The translations under genes were made by a program, and so were the position numbers. From Paramecium tetraurelia (taxonomy: Eukaryota): 64,000 nucleotides of DNA. Where the stretch lies: NCBI GenBank assembly GCA_000165425.1, contig CT868241.1, forward strand, positions 186,001 through 250,000, in the 5' to 3' direction. The notes below the pieces were generated by a model. That model saw only the letters and a program-made list of their open reading frames with translations, searched no databases and had not been told where the DNA came from. Every line of letters starts with the position of its first letter. Within the stretch, counting starts at the first letter, position 1. Positions 26,606 to 40,311 of the stretch are shown here, in pieces.

Positions 26606-27761
26606 ATGATGAAATTCATTGCTTTAGCATTGATTGCTTTAACAGTATTGGCAGTCCAAAAGGATACTAAAACAATCTTGGCAGAAATTGATGCCGATAA
26701 CTTCGGAAACTCTATTTTGTCAACAGTTCAAATGTACCTGTAAGCAAAAGGAAATGCAGAGGAAGTGTTGGTGTTATTGAACCAATTACTTGCTGGATTA
26801 GTTGATGATCAAAACAAACATGACAATGTTATCAGAGTTGACAGATCTGCATGCACAAGAATAGTAACAGATCTTGAAAATTCAATTGCTTATCACACAG
26901 CTTAAGTAAGTGCAAACGCTTAAATGAGAGAAGATAATGAGAAGGCATTGGCTGAGGCTGAAAATGATGTCAGATAAACTATTCAAGTAAGCATCTATGT
27001 AATATCAAAAGGACATTGAGAGTAATGAGAGAACATTTGCTTAAGAGGAAGCAAATAGAAACAAGGCTCATGAAACATGGGTCAGAAAAAACGGTGAACA
27101 TGATGATGCCATTGCTGCAGTTGATGAAGCCACAAAATTAGTTCAACATCTTTCATTAGGTGCCACATTCGCTGAACTTAAACCAAAATTTGAAGCTGTT
27201 CAAAAGAGATTGATTGAAAACGAAAGCCACGGAGCATTATTCCAACCAATCGTCACAGCTCTTACAGAACTCGCTTCCAAAGTTGATTAAAAGGCCATCC
27301 AAAGAATCCTCCAATTGCTTTCTTAACTCAGATAACAATTAGTAGAAGCCAGATCAGTTTTGGAAGTAACTTACATTTTAGATTATTCTCTTAGGAAACT
27401 GAAAACAGATAAGCTTAAAGATGGGTCGAATTCTCTACACATTTGAGCAATGAACACAATAGATTGGTCGAAAGAAAGAACTAATTGGAATAGGCTATCC
27501 AAACATTCAAAACCAACATTGACACAGCCACTCATTTCTTTGAAGTCCATACTGTATTACTATCTTATTATCTTTAAGTTGGAATTAGAATCAGCCTAAG
27601 AGACTCTTGATGCAGAAAACGAATGGTGTGCTTTATAAGAGTAAACTTATGCAACTCAATCCTCTGAGAGATAAAGACAATAAGAAATCGTTGATAGAAT
27701 ATTAGAACACTTGACTGATAAATTAACCGCTACCTCATAATACCTTGGAGGAAGATTCTGA
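26606..27761 (+). CDS. Trichocyst matrix protein precursor, T4-like
   Basis: Signal peptide MMKFIALALIALTVLA; FGNSILSTVQ, IAYHTAQV, HETWVRK, VDEATKLVQHL, LTELASKVD, EHNRLVERK match T4-family motifs as I recall them; three introns. Confidence 0.9.
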
Positions 27762-27793
27762 TCAGATATCATATAAATAAATATAATATTAAT

Positions 27794-28351
27794 ATGGGAT
27801 AGCAATAAACTAAATAACCAATTCATGTTCTCATTAAGGATATTGAATATTTTAATAAAGTTATCAAGTAATAACCATTTCCTATTTTATTTTCAAGGTC
27901 AATGCCTTTACAGAAAGAATTAAATAAATAGATCGGAGCAGAATTAATTTAGAATAGATTAACATTTTAAGAACAATTACTCTAATTCACCACCAAAACA
28001 GACCTTGCTATCATACTCAAAATAGATGACAGATAGAAATTAATAGATCAAGAAACATTCTATAAATTAAAATAACTAATTCAAGATCTAGCTTATTTGT
28101 ACATGAAAAATAATGAGGATGAAGTTTGCCAAATTTGCTTTGAAAAAAAAATTGAGAAACTATTACCTTGTGGACATAGTTATTGCTAAAATTGCATTGA
28201 TGGATGGTTTAGTGTAAAACTTAGAGATTCTTGCCCAATGTGTAGAACCAGATTTACTAAATAAAAAATGCTTGAGAATTCATACTGCTTTCCAGATGAA
28301 AAAGATTTTATAGATTCATTTAAAGAAGAAGTCTTGAAACATTTAAATTGA
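27794..28351 (+). CDS. RING-HC (C3HC4) E3 ligase, RNF141-like, with N-terminal MG
   Basis: MGQQQTK...; CQICFEKKIEKLLPCGHSYCQNCIDGW..SCPMCR; one intron. Confidence 0.85.
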
Positions 28352-29958
28352 TTAGTAATTATTGTAAATTAGATTATAATCATATTATAATCTAGTATTA
28401 ATCAATATCTCGACGTATTATCATCTATATCTATACAAATATCATGAACTTTTAACTATTTAATATATTTATTGCAATACCAAAAATATTAGATACACCA
28501 ATATAAATGAATTTAAATTCAAGAATCATAGTTTATATGAAATCCTTTCAATTAATTTAGGAGTCAATAATTAATCTTATTTGGCTTAACGTGAACGTTT
28601 CACATTAGAATCTCCCTGATCGTTTTCCCAAATTCTATATGTCACATTGCTTTCGTATTAATTACAAAACTGTAAATTAGATATAATATTTCTTATTAAA
28701 TTAAATATCTGAGTTAATAAATAATTCTGTATGAATATATATACCAATAATCATCTAAAAATATAAGAAATACGTTTGGAATTTATTTCAATGCATATAT
28801 ACAACTAGATTTATGTAAAACGCAGGAACAAAATTCAATTATATATTAGTTCTAATTGAAGATAATCTATTAATTTTAGAATTGAAATACAAGATTCGAT
28901 AAAATTCGAAGAGATTCTTAAATACTCAATACTTAAGTATACTTATTTACTTAACAGACATAGAATGATTTGTTAATTCTTCCTCCCATAATAATTAATT
29001 CATTTATCATTTTATATACCTTTGTAAACAAGTTATTATTAATATAAAAAATATTAAAATTTGTAATACTATCATATTATAACGAATTATAAAGTTGTAT
29101 TTAAAAAAGTGTATGATCTCTAATTCTCTAAAAAAATAATAAAATAATATCCTCTAAAGAGTCAATAGATTAAATATTTTTATTACATTTAACAAAACTA
29201 TTGTATCAAACTGAATTATATAAAATAGCTTGTTTCATAGATTTTAAGTTAAATAGCATTCTCTAAATTTTTGGAAGTTATTAGTAAGGCTAATGAACTT
29301 AATAATTATGATATTTAATCAAAAAACATTATTCACAAATTAAAAATAATTGATATTTGGAAAGAATCTTAATAAAAATACTAAAGTTTAATGATTAAAA
29401 GCGTCATATCCTGACAATACGGTCTTATTAGATAAATTAAAATAATATTCTCAATAATTTAACAATGCCTGCCAAATTAGAGTATTATTGAATTGAAGAG
29501 GAAATCTCTTTTAAAATGCCTTAATTATTGTTCTTTACTAAATATATCTAGAATTCAATTTTAATATTATCAATAAAGTGATTACTCTAGATACAAGATT
29601 AGACATTTACTTATTCTATGTGAAAATGAGAGTGCTATTATTTATATAATAGATTTAAGATAAAATAAATTAAGAATACAAGAATAAGGATCTTTTATCA
29701 ATTCTATTAAGATAGACTTTCAAGAGATTGAAATGGATAGACATATCGGCTTCATTCTTCAATTTAGGGAATCGGTTAGAGCAGAGTTGATGTATCAGTT
29801 ATTCAAGTGTGATTTTTTAGATGGTTTATTTAGTAAATAAGGAGTGAAAATAGATTAGCATAAGATAAGCAGAGTGTTGAACAATGAGTATTGATTGGAG
29901 TTCTGCATTTAATGATATAATTTAATTATTTATATTAACATATTAAATACTCATAAAA

Positions 29959-30430
29959 ATGGAAAGAAGAGATGAGGATTGCAAATAAGTTGGACAATTT
30001 AATCAAAATGATGACAAATACATTTATATCTCGTTTATGATATCATTTAATGTATTGTTTGGAAGTCTATTCTATTATTACTCACTTAATACTAGCAATG
30101 ATGAATGCACATTATTAAAGCAAACTGCTATATATTTCACATTATATTGTTCCTGCAGCATCATATTATCCATAATAACCCTTATAGGAAATAAGACATT
30201 CAACACCATCACAACAATGGAAGGTCTGATTAGAATGTTATTTCTGATTGCGTTTTTGGTAAATTTAATACGCTATATAGATTGCCTATATTAAAAGTTT
30301 GTAATGCTACCATCTCCAATCGCTTACGCTTATATTTCTGACCTTGCATGCATTATTATTTATTATTGCTTGTATGAAATCTCAAATCAATAAAACTAAA
30401 TAACTATGATTTTTAATTTGTTTTTAGTTG
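29959..30430 (+). CDS. Small membrane protein, 3' end unclear (possibly degenerate)
   Basis: ATG 29959 in frame with track ORF 30037-30294; 3-4 hydrophobic helices; no clear in-frame TGA near the expected end. Confidence 0.4.
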
Positions 30431-31322
30431 ATGACTTTAATTTCATGTATATTAATTAATATTATAATTATCATTAATATGATTAATTATAGTTTAAATT
30501 TCTAATTTAATATAATTCCTCCTCCCTTTTTCAAATTTTATTACACCCTCAATTCTGCTTGATTAACTCTGAATTGTGTTTAGGACCTCCTCTATAGTTA
30601 ATACACCTGAAGACAGTTAAATCTCATATATTGAAACAAAACGAAAATTCTAAATAATCTGTGATACTCTCCGCTCATTTCAATATTAAAAATAGAATAA
30701 ATTATATTAATAATACTATGATCAATATCATCATTCCATTTCAAATCAAAAAGGTTAAGGTTTCTTCGACTCTCTCAGTATTTTTTTAGCCAATTCTTTC
30801 TTAAAATTCAGTAAATTTGAAGCACTGTAATCAATGTCTCTCCATTCTCTCATTTAAAACTTTATTTCAGAATTTCGATTTATAACTGTTGATGCACTGT
30901 TATCCATATTAATTTAATATAAATAATAAAACTCCTATTTAACACTGAAAATTTTAACCCTATTTATAAAATTAATTAAATAATTGCAAGAGAATAAACC
31001 ATATTCCTAACTTTCTTTCGAGAATTCTTCCTAAACTTTGGATTTATGATGACAGTAAACCACTAGCAACTACTAATAAAGATTTAAAAATATGAATTCT
31101 AAGAATTACATAATAAAAAATAGAATATATTTATATTTTAGTAAAATCATGTATTCTAACTTATTTTCGGTATTAATAGAATGGTAATCCTTTGAGTAAA
31201 ATTCATTAATTATTAATTTCTTTTTAGAAACCAAATTCTGTAAGTTATAGTTTGTCTTTACTCTTGGATTTAGTATAATTTGTAATGTTATTAATTAAAA
31301 ATTATATTTTATTATTTATTGT

Positions 31323-33016
31323 ATGTACCCTAAAAAGATTAATAGAACTGTGCATGTCGCCAGGTAAATTTAAAGAGACGATTCAGTCAAATCTATCATT
31401 ATTGATAAATTGGTTTAAGATTATGGAAAAAAAAATTAATTAAATGTTAATGTAACTTATTCATCTTGAAAAATTAGTTAATTATGGCTTATGTGGATGA
31501 CTTTTTTGTATTTTATAAAGCAACCGAAGGTGCTGTGAGAGCATTAAAAGAAGAAATCAAAGATGCAACCTTAAGACCTTAAAATGAGAAGCAATTAATG
31601 ATCCAAAGATTACATCAACGTATGTCTAGTAAGTCTTACTACTTATTGCTATAGGAAAGCTAAAAGAAGAATAATTAAAAACGTTGACGAACCCTAATTG
31701 TTTGGCGTAATTACCTGAAAAAAGTGAAGAGCAAAACAATTTTTATAAAATGCAAAATAAAACACAAAGCAATTCGAAAATGTAATTGATGAACACTTTA
31801 CCTAATGACAAATTTGAGGAAAGGAGGAAATCAATTTATTAGGTTGATGGGGGTTCTGTAGATGAATGGGCAGCCATTATAAAATATGATACCTTATAAT
31901 TTTAAAAAGAATTAGAGGAACAAAAGAGACTTATGTAGCTTAATTAATAAAAGATTAAAGAAGAATTAGATAGATAAGTGGCTGAAAAGGAGTTAAGAAA
32001 ATAAAAAGAAAAATAGGAAGACCAATATTTTTATGCTACAAATTAACAATAACTGATGGAGTTTGAAAGATAATAGGAATTGATAAAGGAAAATAAAAAG
32101 TAATAATTTTTGCAAGAGAAATATATTCGAGATTAATAAGTTTAAGTTGATAAAAAAATGAAGTATGCTATATATATGATATAGAAAAGAGTAGAATCTA
32201 AATACTAAGTATTTAGAAGAAGAAATGCTTACTAAAATTAAGGAACAAATGAAAGCAGAAGATTAATAATAGAAACGAAAGAGACTTGAACAAAAGGAGA
32301 AGTTCTAATAGATACTGAAGTAGAATGAAAATTTGAGGAAAAAAGTAAAGTGTATGTGATAAAAAGGCATAAGATGAAATCATATAAACCAAAGAGCATG
32401 AAAAATTATTGCAGGAAGAATAATTAATTAGAGAACAATTTGAAATTTAAAAAAAAGATAAATAAAAAAAAGACTAAGAGAACAAATTTTAATAATTGAT
32501 GAATAATTATAGCTAGTTTGTTATGGAAAATAAGAATGATCATCCATTATAAAATGATTTTTGGACTAAAAAGAATAGCGAACACAGTACATTTTTCGAA
32601 TTTAAAAACAAGACAAATAAAAAAGAGTAATAGCTTCAAGTTTCATATGATCTCTAGTAATAAATCCAGGAAAAAAAAAGAAGATACACGCAAGAAGTAA
32701 CTGAAAAAAAATTACTATTTGAACAACAAATTTAAGAATAAAAAGCTTTGAAAAAATAAGATGAAGAAAAAAGAAATGTAATTTATTTAATTAATATTAA
32801 CAGAATATTCGATAAATGTATATTCTAAATTAAGAAGAACTTAAAAAATAAATGGCTAAAGGCTATTTGAGTTAATCTCCTAAAAAAAAATCGAGTCCTA
32901 ATGAAAGAATGGTTGGATAAGAACTACTCCATAATAAAAAACTACTGAAAAAAATAGCAAATGATAATTCTATAGGAATAACAATAAAAAAATAAGAGAT
33001 ATCAATACCTGATTGA
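31323..33016 (+). CDS. Long charged coiled-coil protein (trichohyalin-like; possible ciliary/cytoskeletal protein)
   Basis: VDEWAAIIKYD..QKIKEELDRQVAEKE, repeated L.QQI motifs, several tiny introns; TGA 33014-33016. Confidence 0.65.
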
Positions 33017-34056
33017 AAATATCTATTTATTTTTTTAATATTTAAACAATCCCTAATCGAATATTAAATTGTCATTAATGGAGTTTCAATAACATTTAAT
33101 ATCACACTATTTAAATATAGACAAATTTAAAGCTTGCATTCGATTCAAATAGAAAATTTACAAAATCCAAAATTTTGGTTTAATTACATTAAATAGAGTT
33201 GGTTATTTTAAACTAATTATTTTGTGAGTTGTATCAAAGATTTCATATAAATTCTCTTATTTTTGTAATTATACCACTATAATCCATTAGTTCTTAATTG
33301 AAACACTAATTTTAAAGATTACTTTTAACTCTTTCTGATATGCATAAAAAATAATTGAAATTATTTAATATTGCCATCTAAAAATAAAATACCTGTTAAC
33401 TAGGTAAGTAAATAAAATATTAATATAGGTATTAAAATATCAGAATTAATAGATCAAAATGAGGCTTAAATGAACATTCCTAAAGAGAAAATATAAAAAA
33501 ATAACAAATTATTAACCATTTATTTGATATAAAATTGAGAATAAATTAGCATATATATAAAAAAATGAAAGTAAATATGATATCATAGATTGAAGTTCTT
33601 ATTAGTAATTTTACTAACTATTGATTAAAGAAATGAGAAATATCATTTATTTGGATATTAATTGATAATAGGAATACAAAATACCTTAAATTGAAATGAA
33701 TGTGTTTTTGTAATAAAAACTTCTTGGATGATTAATTAAAAATTAATAAGGGTATTTATTAATGCATAAAATATTTGCAAAATCAATCAGATGCTTATTC
33801 TAATTTTCCTAAAAACTCCATTGTTGTTTAAAGTGTTTCATTTTTCCTTTCAAAACATCTTGATAGACAGATTTTTTCTCTATCAGAAAGGTCCTTTTTT
33901 TTGTAATCTTTAATACAAAATTTGCTGCAAACTTAATATATATTCATCAAGGACAATTTCATAGAGGTTGTAATTGACTACTTGATTCTTTCATTCTTTT
34001 ATTAAATTGTAATGTTTTAGTGAATATGTGTATCGTGATCAGACATTAATTATTAA

Positions 34057-34632
34057 ATGAATTATAATAATAAATATCTCATACATTCACCAAAAAAACA
34101 ATCCCAAGCTAAGATCATTATCAAATATAGTAGTGCAATCAATTTGGATCATATACCTAAATTCAAATACAAATCCCCTAGGAATCTTGCCAGATAAATA
34201 ACAAACATTAGTCCAACAATTTAATTGAATAGTTCTAAAAATAAAAAAACTGTAGAATCCAAAAGCAGATCTCCATCCTTGGAATCAAACTGGTTCAACA
34301 TAAAAAAAATAAAAAAGAAGATCGATCCTTTTGAGAATTTAAATTATGGACATCCTAAAATATTTCATAAATTGTCACCTGATTTAATGATTCCAACCTA
34401 ATTATCTACTCCAATTACAGGTCATATAGAAAAACGAATAGTCATTAAAAAGAAGACTGAGCCTGCTCGTATAGCTAGATCCAATACGCAATATTCAATT
34501 AGTAGATAGGAGATTAAGATTAATACATCATCATCAAGAATACTGTAAAAGAAGGAGAGTAAAAAGGAAACGTCAGGAGAATTGAAAGGGTGGCAAGGAT
34601 GGCATGTGGAACATTATGATGATTTTATATGA
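34057..34632 (+). CDS. Hypothetical basic, disordered protein (191 aa)
   Basis: Intronless 576-nt frame; ends ELKGWQGWHVEHYDDFI. Confidence 0.7.
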
Positions 34633-35533
34633 ATTTATTAAACTAAACTACCTAATGTTTATTATTATCTTCAAGAGTAAATTAATTAAATTAGAGACTT
34701 AAATTAACAGCTTTGTTTTTGAACGAAATCATGTGAATTATTAATTAAATTTGTGTATTTTTGAGGCAAAAAAAATATCAATAAATTTAATTAATAAAAA
34801 TAAAAAAATTAATTTGTGATGACACTCTTAGGACACCTTCAGAGACAATTTGTCAATGAGATGTTTGTTACCTGTCTGATCTAAATATACTATTTTATCC
34901 TATAAAAGAGTTTAAGCAAAGAATTAATAACAATAACATAATCTTAGCTAGACTAATGCTCTTTATAATATTAAAATATTGAAATAATCTCAATTATTAG
35001 AATTCCTTTGGATTATATTTAATAATCAACTTAATAGTCAGTTGTGATAACTTCTGGATTTAAGTTGTTATTTGCAATCCCTCGATTTCACTATTTAGGT
35101 TTATGATTTTATGCTCAAGTTCTATCTTACAAAATAAATAATCATGATTGTAAGAGATGTCTGAGTTTAGTGATTCTAACATTCATAACATTTTCCATAT
35201 TTAATTTAAAATTTTTGAAATGTGTTCAATGTTTTTGTTCTCAAATTTAGAATTCTAATTTCTAATCCTCTTTTTGCTTTATTATTTGAGTTAAATTTTT
35301 TATAAGAATTCTAAAATATTATATTTCCAAATGATTATTGTGTCTACACTCTTATAGAGCATCTTCACTTCTATTAAGCTTATTAATTGTTTTTTTAACA
35401 AAGTAGAAGAAATTAGGATTATTATATATATTAATGTATGTAGAGGTAATAAAAAAAGACTGTATGAATTTAAATTAATAATAACTGCTTTTAAAAAGCC
35501 AAAATAAAAAAAATTGACATATTATTTAAATAC

Positions 35534-36444
35534 ATGCATTAAAATCAGGGGGGAAGAGTTTTTGGAAAGCATCTTGATAATTATGTTGATAAGGCTTTAA
35601 AGGATACAAAAGACAAAAGAAATGGGATAGTTGATGAAATGGGAGGGAAAGAAAATGCAATAAATGATGCTGTTTCGACAAGGGATGGTTTGTTGAAATT
35701 TGATAGTCCTTAACAGGTTTTGCATTATCAACAAGAAATATACGAGTTCCTTCATTAGCGAGAATAAGAGAGTTCTGGATCTAAGTTATCGATTGATTAA
35801 AGGAAAATCAATGAAAAAATGCGAAACACTACAGTACATATAATCGTTAGAAACAGATTAGGTTTGTGATAAAGTAGGCCAAAATGTATAATTTGAAGTC
35901 GGAAACATTATTCCAAACAGTGGATCTGATAGACTAATCAATTCATCATATAAATCCAGAGGCAGAGAGATTGGAGCTCATTGCAATAACATGTTTATTC
36001 ATTGCTACTAAATACGAAGAAATATACCCACCTCCTTTGGGAGCTTTGCTTAGAGGCACAGAATTAAGAGTTAGAGAAGTTATTGAAATGGAAAAGGAAA
36101 TATTATATAAATTAAACTTTAATGTTATTAGTGATAATACATTAATTTGGTTGTAATTGATAGGAGAATTGTTAGGGTGTAATAAAAGATATTTGGATTT
36201 AATAAAACAAAGATCGATGTAAGATATATAAATAAGATAAAGGTATTTGGCAGAACTTAGTTTAAGTAATGATCGATTTCTAAGCATGAAGAAGTCTACA
36301 ATAGCATTGACTATTTTTTTGGCAGTGGAAATGTAGTTTGGATATTAGAAGACATAATTCTAATGGGATCGTTTGTCTCAGCATTCTAAACCTTGCAAAG
36401 ATTCTAAGCCATTAAGATTATTTGCTTATTGCTTAAAAAATTGA
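35534..36444 (+). CDS. Cyclin (A/B-type cyclin box)
   Basis: INEKMR, ETLFQTVDLID, LELIAITCLFIATKYEEIYPP, VIEMEKEILYKLNF, YLAELSL. Confidence 0.92.
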
Positions 36445-36539
36445 TATGATTATTTACTGTATGTTTCTATTTAAGAATAAGATGTGTGTGTAATTGATGC
36501 AGGTATTCAAAATGTATTTTAATATTTAATAATGATATA

Positions 36540-37459
36540 TCATGGTTATTATGATTATTACTATTGGCTTGGTTGTGATCTTGGTTACTGAGATTGAATT
36601 TGTTATGGTTGATGGGATGGCTAATGGGATGGTTGATGGGATGGTTAATGGGATTAGGGTGGTTGTTAAGATGGTTGTTGATGTCTAGCTACAGGAGCAG
36701 GAGGATATTATTGAAGGGGCTAAGCGAATTATGGAGCCATTCTTGATGCAATCAAAGGTTATTGAACATATTGGACTGGTTGTTGTTGAACATATTGGAC
36801 TGGTTGTGGAACATATTGAACAGATTGTTAGACATATGGTTGTTAAACTACAGAAACTGCTTATTGCACATATTGTGTTGGTTATTAGTGAACAACTTAT
36901 CTCTCTACTGGATAGTATTCAACTCTTTCTTAGTATCTATCGACAGGTACATACTCTATTATTTATATATATATATTAAAATTACCGGTAAATTTCTCTT
37001 GGAAAACTTAGGGGATGTATTCTGTTTGATATTCAACAGCATAGTAATCAGTCACTCTGGTTTCTCTTGGAACATAGGAGACTACTTCTTATTCTTCATA
37101 TTCAATGACAGCCTTTTAGTATGGTACATATTCGATTCTGGATTCCCCTTTGATTGATTAGTGCTAAAAATTAATTCAAAATTTACTTAAGCAACTGGAG
37201 CAACTGGTGCAACAGCATATTGCTAAACTGGAACAGAGGCAATAGGAGCAACAGGCACTTGGGCCACTGGTGCATATTAAACTGGAGCCACATAAGATTG
37301 TCTAACTGGAGAAGCTGGATAATATGTTGGTGGCAAGTAGGCATTTGGATATGCTGGGGGTAACACTGCATTTGGGTATGTTGGAGCAGCTGTTCTTGCT
37401 AAGGGTTAAGCAGCTTGAGGTTATTGTTGTGGTTATTAGGATTGTGGGTGATTAGACAT
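36540..37459 (-). CDS. Epiplasmin (cortical skeleton protein)
   Basis: Central IKGESRIEYVPY..VTDYYAVEYQTEYIPQV..EYVPVDR..ERVEYYPVERQ flanked by P/V/Q/Y-rich regions; two introns. Confidence 0.92.
36606..36654 (-). repeat. 12-bp tandem repeat encoding (SHQP)4 in the epiplasmin C-terminus
   Basis: Plus strand ggttgatgggat ggctaatgggat ggttgatgggat ggttaatgggat. Confidence 0.8.
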
Positions 37460-37870
37460 TGTTAATTGTTCAATAAATTCAAAAATTAATATTAAAGGTT
37501 AATTTGACTAATTATTTAAAAAACATAAAATAGCAAGTTCTTGTTTTTGTAACCAAATAATTTATTACAAAGTCATGGGATATTTTAATTCAATAATAAA
37601 AATTGCATCATTTCAAACAAATTAATAGAGTTAGACATATATATTAAATTTATATGAAATCACTCGGATTAGAATTTGCAATTAGTTTCCATTTATAAAC
37701 TTAAAAAGCGATTTAGACAATAAAAACCTTTAGTTAGAGAAATTATATAAATATACGATTGATTATAATGAAATTAACAGAATAAACTAACAGTGCTTTG
37801 GTCGACTAATTGCTATTTTCTTTTGTTCTTATTATTCATTTCTATTTGTTTTGTCTGATTTATTAATTAA

Positions 37871-40269
37871 ATGGAATTATAAACAACATTGCGATCTTAT
37901 TTAAGTTCTTTTGAAACTTATTCTCATGTTAGAGATATAAAATTAAGAGTTTTATATGGTGACAAGTATGTATTGGTTTCACAATAGAATGCATATTAAA
38001 ATAGTTCAATAAAGTTTAGCTGCTTTTCTAGTTGATGAGGAAGAATCGCCAATTTTGAGGCTCTTGGCACTCAAAGTAAGAATCAAACCATAAATTAATT
38101 TATAGTTCAATAAGGAATTAGCCGAGACTTTCAATGAGGATTATATTCATCTGATGTAGAAAATCGTTCTCCCAAAGATGGAATAGATTGCATAATTCAA
38201 AAAGGAGTCACAAGATAGTGACCGTGGGAAATTGTTCTTCTTGGGCAAGCAAAAACCTCATTAAGGTATGTAGAGTACTAAAGTAGTTAAGGCAACCAAG
38301 AATTGCAGGCTTTGGGAGATCAATTCTTCAGAGTGACATTGGAATGTATTAGAATATGGGGAAGATGGTTTCCCTTAGACAAACAACATCACAGACTCAG
38401 TTTGTATAGGGTGGCATATGAGAGATTATACAAAATTGGAGTTCACTTTCCAGAAATCCAATATTTCGATCTTCATTAAGTTCACTCTAATCTGCCTTCA
38501 ACATTTCCTCCTCTCTCGATGGTGCAACAATTAAAGAGAGTCATGAGCATTCATCTTCGTTCTACTACTAAAGAAATCTGTAGATATCTAGAATCTCATT
38601 TACCTGAAGAATATCATCAAACACAATATTCATCATTTGCTGAGTTATTTTAAACCATTGTCAAAAAACATATACTTAACAAAAATAAATAGGCAAGAAT
38701 TGCAAACATATTTTTGGAAAAAGAGTATAAGCTTAGCGAAAGTAAAAAACAAGATGACAAAGAGGAATGGACTCAATTACAAAGACTACAGATTGAAAAT
38801 CAGCAACTTCAATAACTAAACAATATGTATCAATCAAAAATGTAAGAATTATAAAAATAAATTATTCTAACCCAAAATCAAAACACACTTTTGCAATAAT
38901 AGATTTAAGATAAACAGTTGTTAATAGAAAAATTAGAGACTGATTGGAAGAATATTGAAAAAAAGTTTTTGCTTTTGTTTGAAGAATACAAGAAAACCCA
39001 CGATTCCAAAAATCCCTTCGTTCTTGCCTAATTTGAAAAACAAGTAAATATCTGTAATTATATTTAAAGTTGGCAGAATTTAAAATTGAATTTGGTCTCT
39101 CTTATAAGGAAGTTGATTGTTTTAAATTGAGAGCAGAAAATGAATATCTCATTAAGTAATTAGAAGAACAAGAAGACTTATTCAATAAAGTTAAGCATGA
39201 AAAAGAGGTTTTACTCACTGAAAATAGATTACTAATGACTAAATTAAATAATCTATCGTAAAAATCAATTAAAGGAGATAAGTTTGAACCAGAACCCCCA
39301 TAAGATGTAGGAGAACTTAAATTTTACAAACAAAAGTCCAATTTAGTATAATATGAATAAATAATGATCTCATAAAAGTAATAAATAACTCAATTAAAAA
39401 ATCAACTACTTTAAATGAATGATAAGAAAAATAGTGTCACAAGTCAAACATGGGGAATTAGTACTAAGTCTAATTCAAGGAGAAACATCAATATACTATA
39501 AGCTGATAATATTTAATCATCAAAACAATGCGAGGTGTAAAATCGCCCTTATAGATAGTCTAAGATTATTATGCCTCCTATTATAGATTATGACCCTACT
39601 ATATTTGCTATTAATCCTAGTATTTTTAATACTAGATTTAGATAGGCTTGCTTTACATCGAAATCTATAATCCATTAAGATGACAAAATATAAATCAATA
39701 CAACTACTTAATTAAAGATACAAGTGCTGTTTGTAACACTTACAATATAAAATAAATCGTCAATGAAATTAAATAATTTAAGTCTAAAACTATAAAACAC
39801 AGAATAATTGTATGTTAAAGTCTTAAATAATATTAATCGAGTCATGAATCCTGAGGAAAGTTAAATAATTTAAATTTAAATTGAAATAAAAGAAATACCA
39901 TTTTCAATTTTAGAAGCCTAACTCATTTACATGGATAAAATCATTGAATTCGGCATACCTTGCACAATCAATAAATTTTTAAATTACAGTACTTGTTAAC
40001 AATTACCAGCAACTTATTTCTATTAATGTAAGCCTTTTCTAACTGGATTCCAGAGTTCCATTCCTAATCTTTTGTAAGAATTTGAGATAGTTAGCCAATC
40101 TGAAAACGAAGTATCTATGTTAGCATAGGTAGAATATTAAAAAGAAGAATATGAAATTATGATATCATGCAGAAAATCAATGATGTCAATAAAAATTAAT
40201 GGTGGTTATAATGATAGACTTATTAAGACAATCATATCCACTTACTAAGGTTTATTTTTGAAAAGGTGA
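37871..40269 (+). CDS. VHS-domain, coiled-coil, alpha-adaptin-appendage-like protein
   Basis: N-terminal LRLLALK..LECIRIWGRWFP..YERLYKIGVHFP (VHS-like); central heptads; C-terminal FRQACFTSKSIIHQDDKIQI..LTIQNKS..FGIPCTINKFL (alpha-ear-like); four introns. Confidence 0.75.
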
Positions 40270-40311
40270 ATTATTTATAAATTTATATTTATAGATATTT
40301 TTATTCTAATT

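Noticed and set aside
36600..36830. Short direct repeats as a CRISPR-like or telomere-like array
   Set aside because: Contiguous codon-phase repeats within epiplasmin; no spacers and not G3T3/G4T2 telomeric units
36731..37157. Plus-strand repetitive ORFs (MNILDWLLLNILDW..., VEHIGLVV...)
   Set aside because: Antisense shadow of the epiplasmin PVQYVQQ repeats
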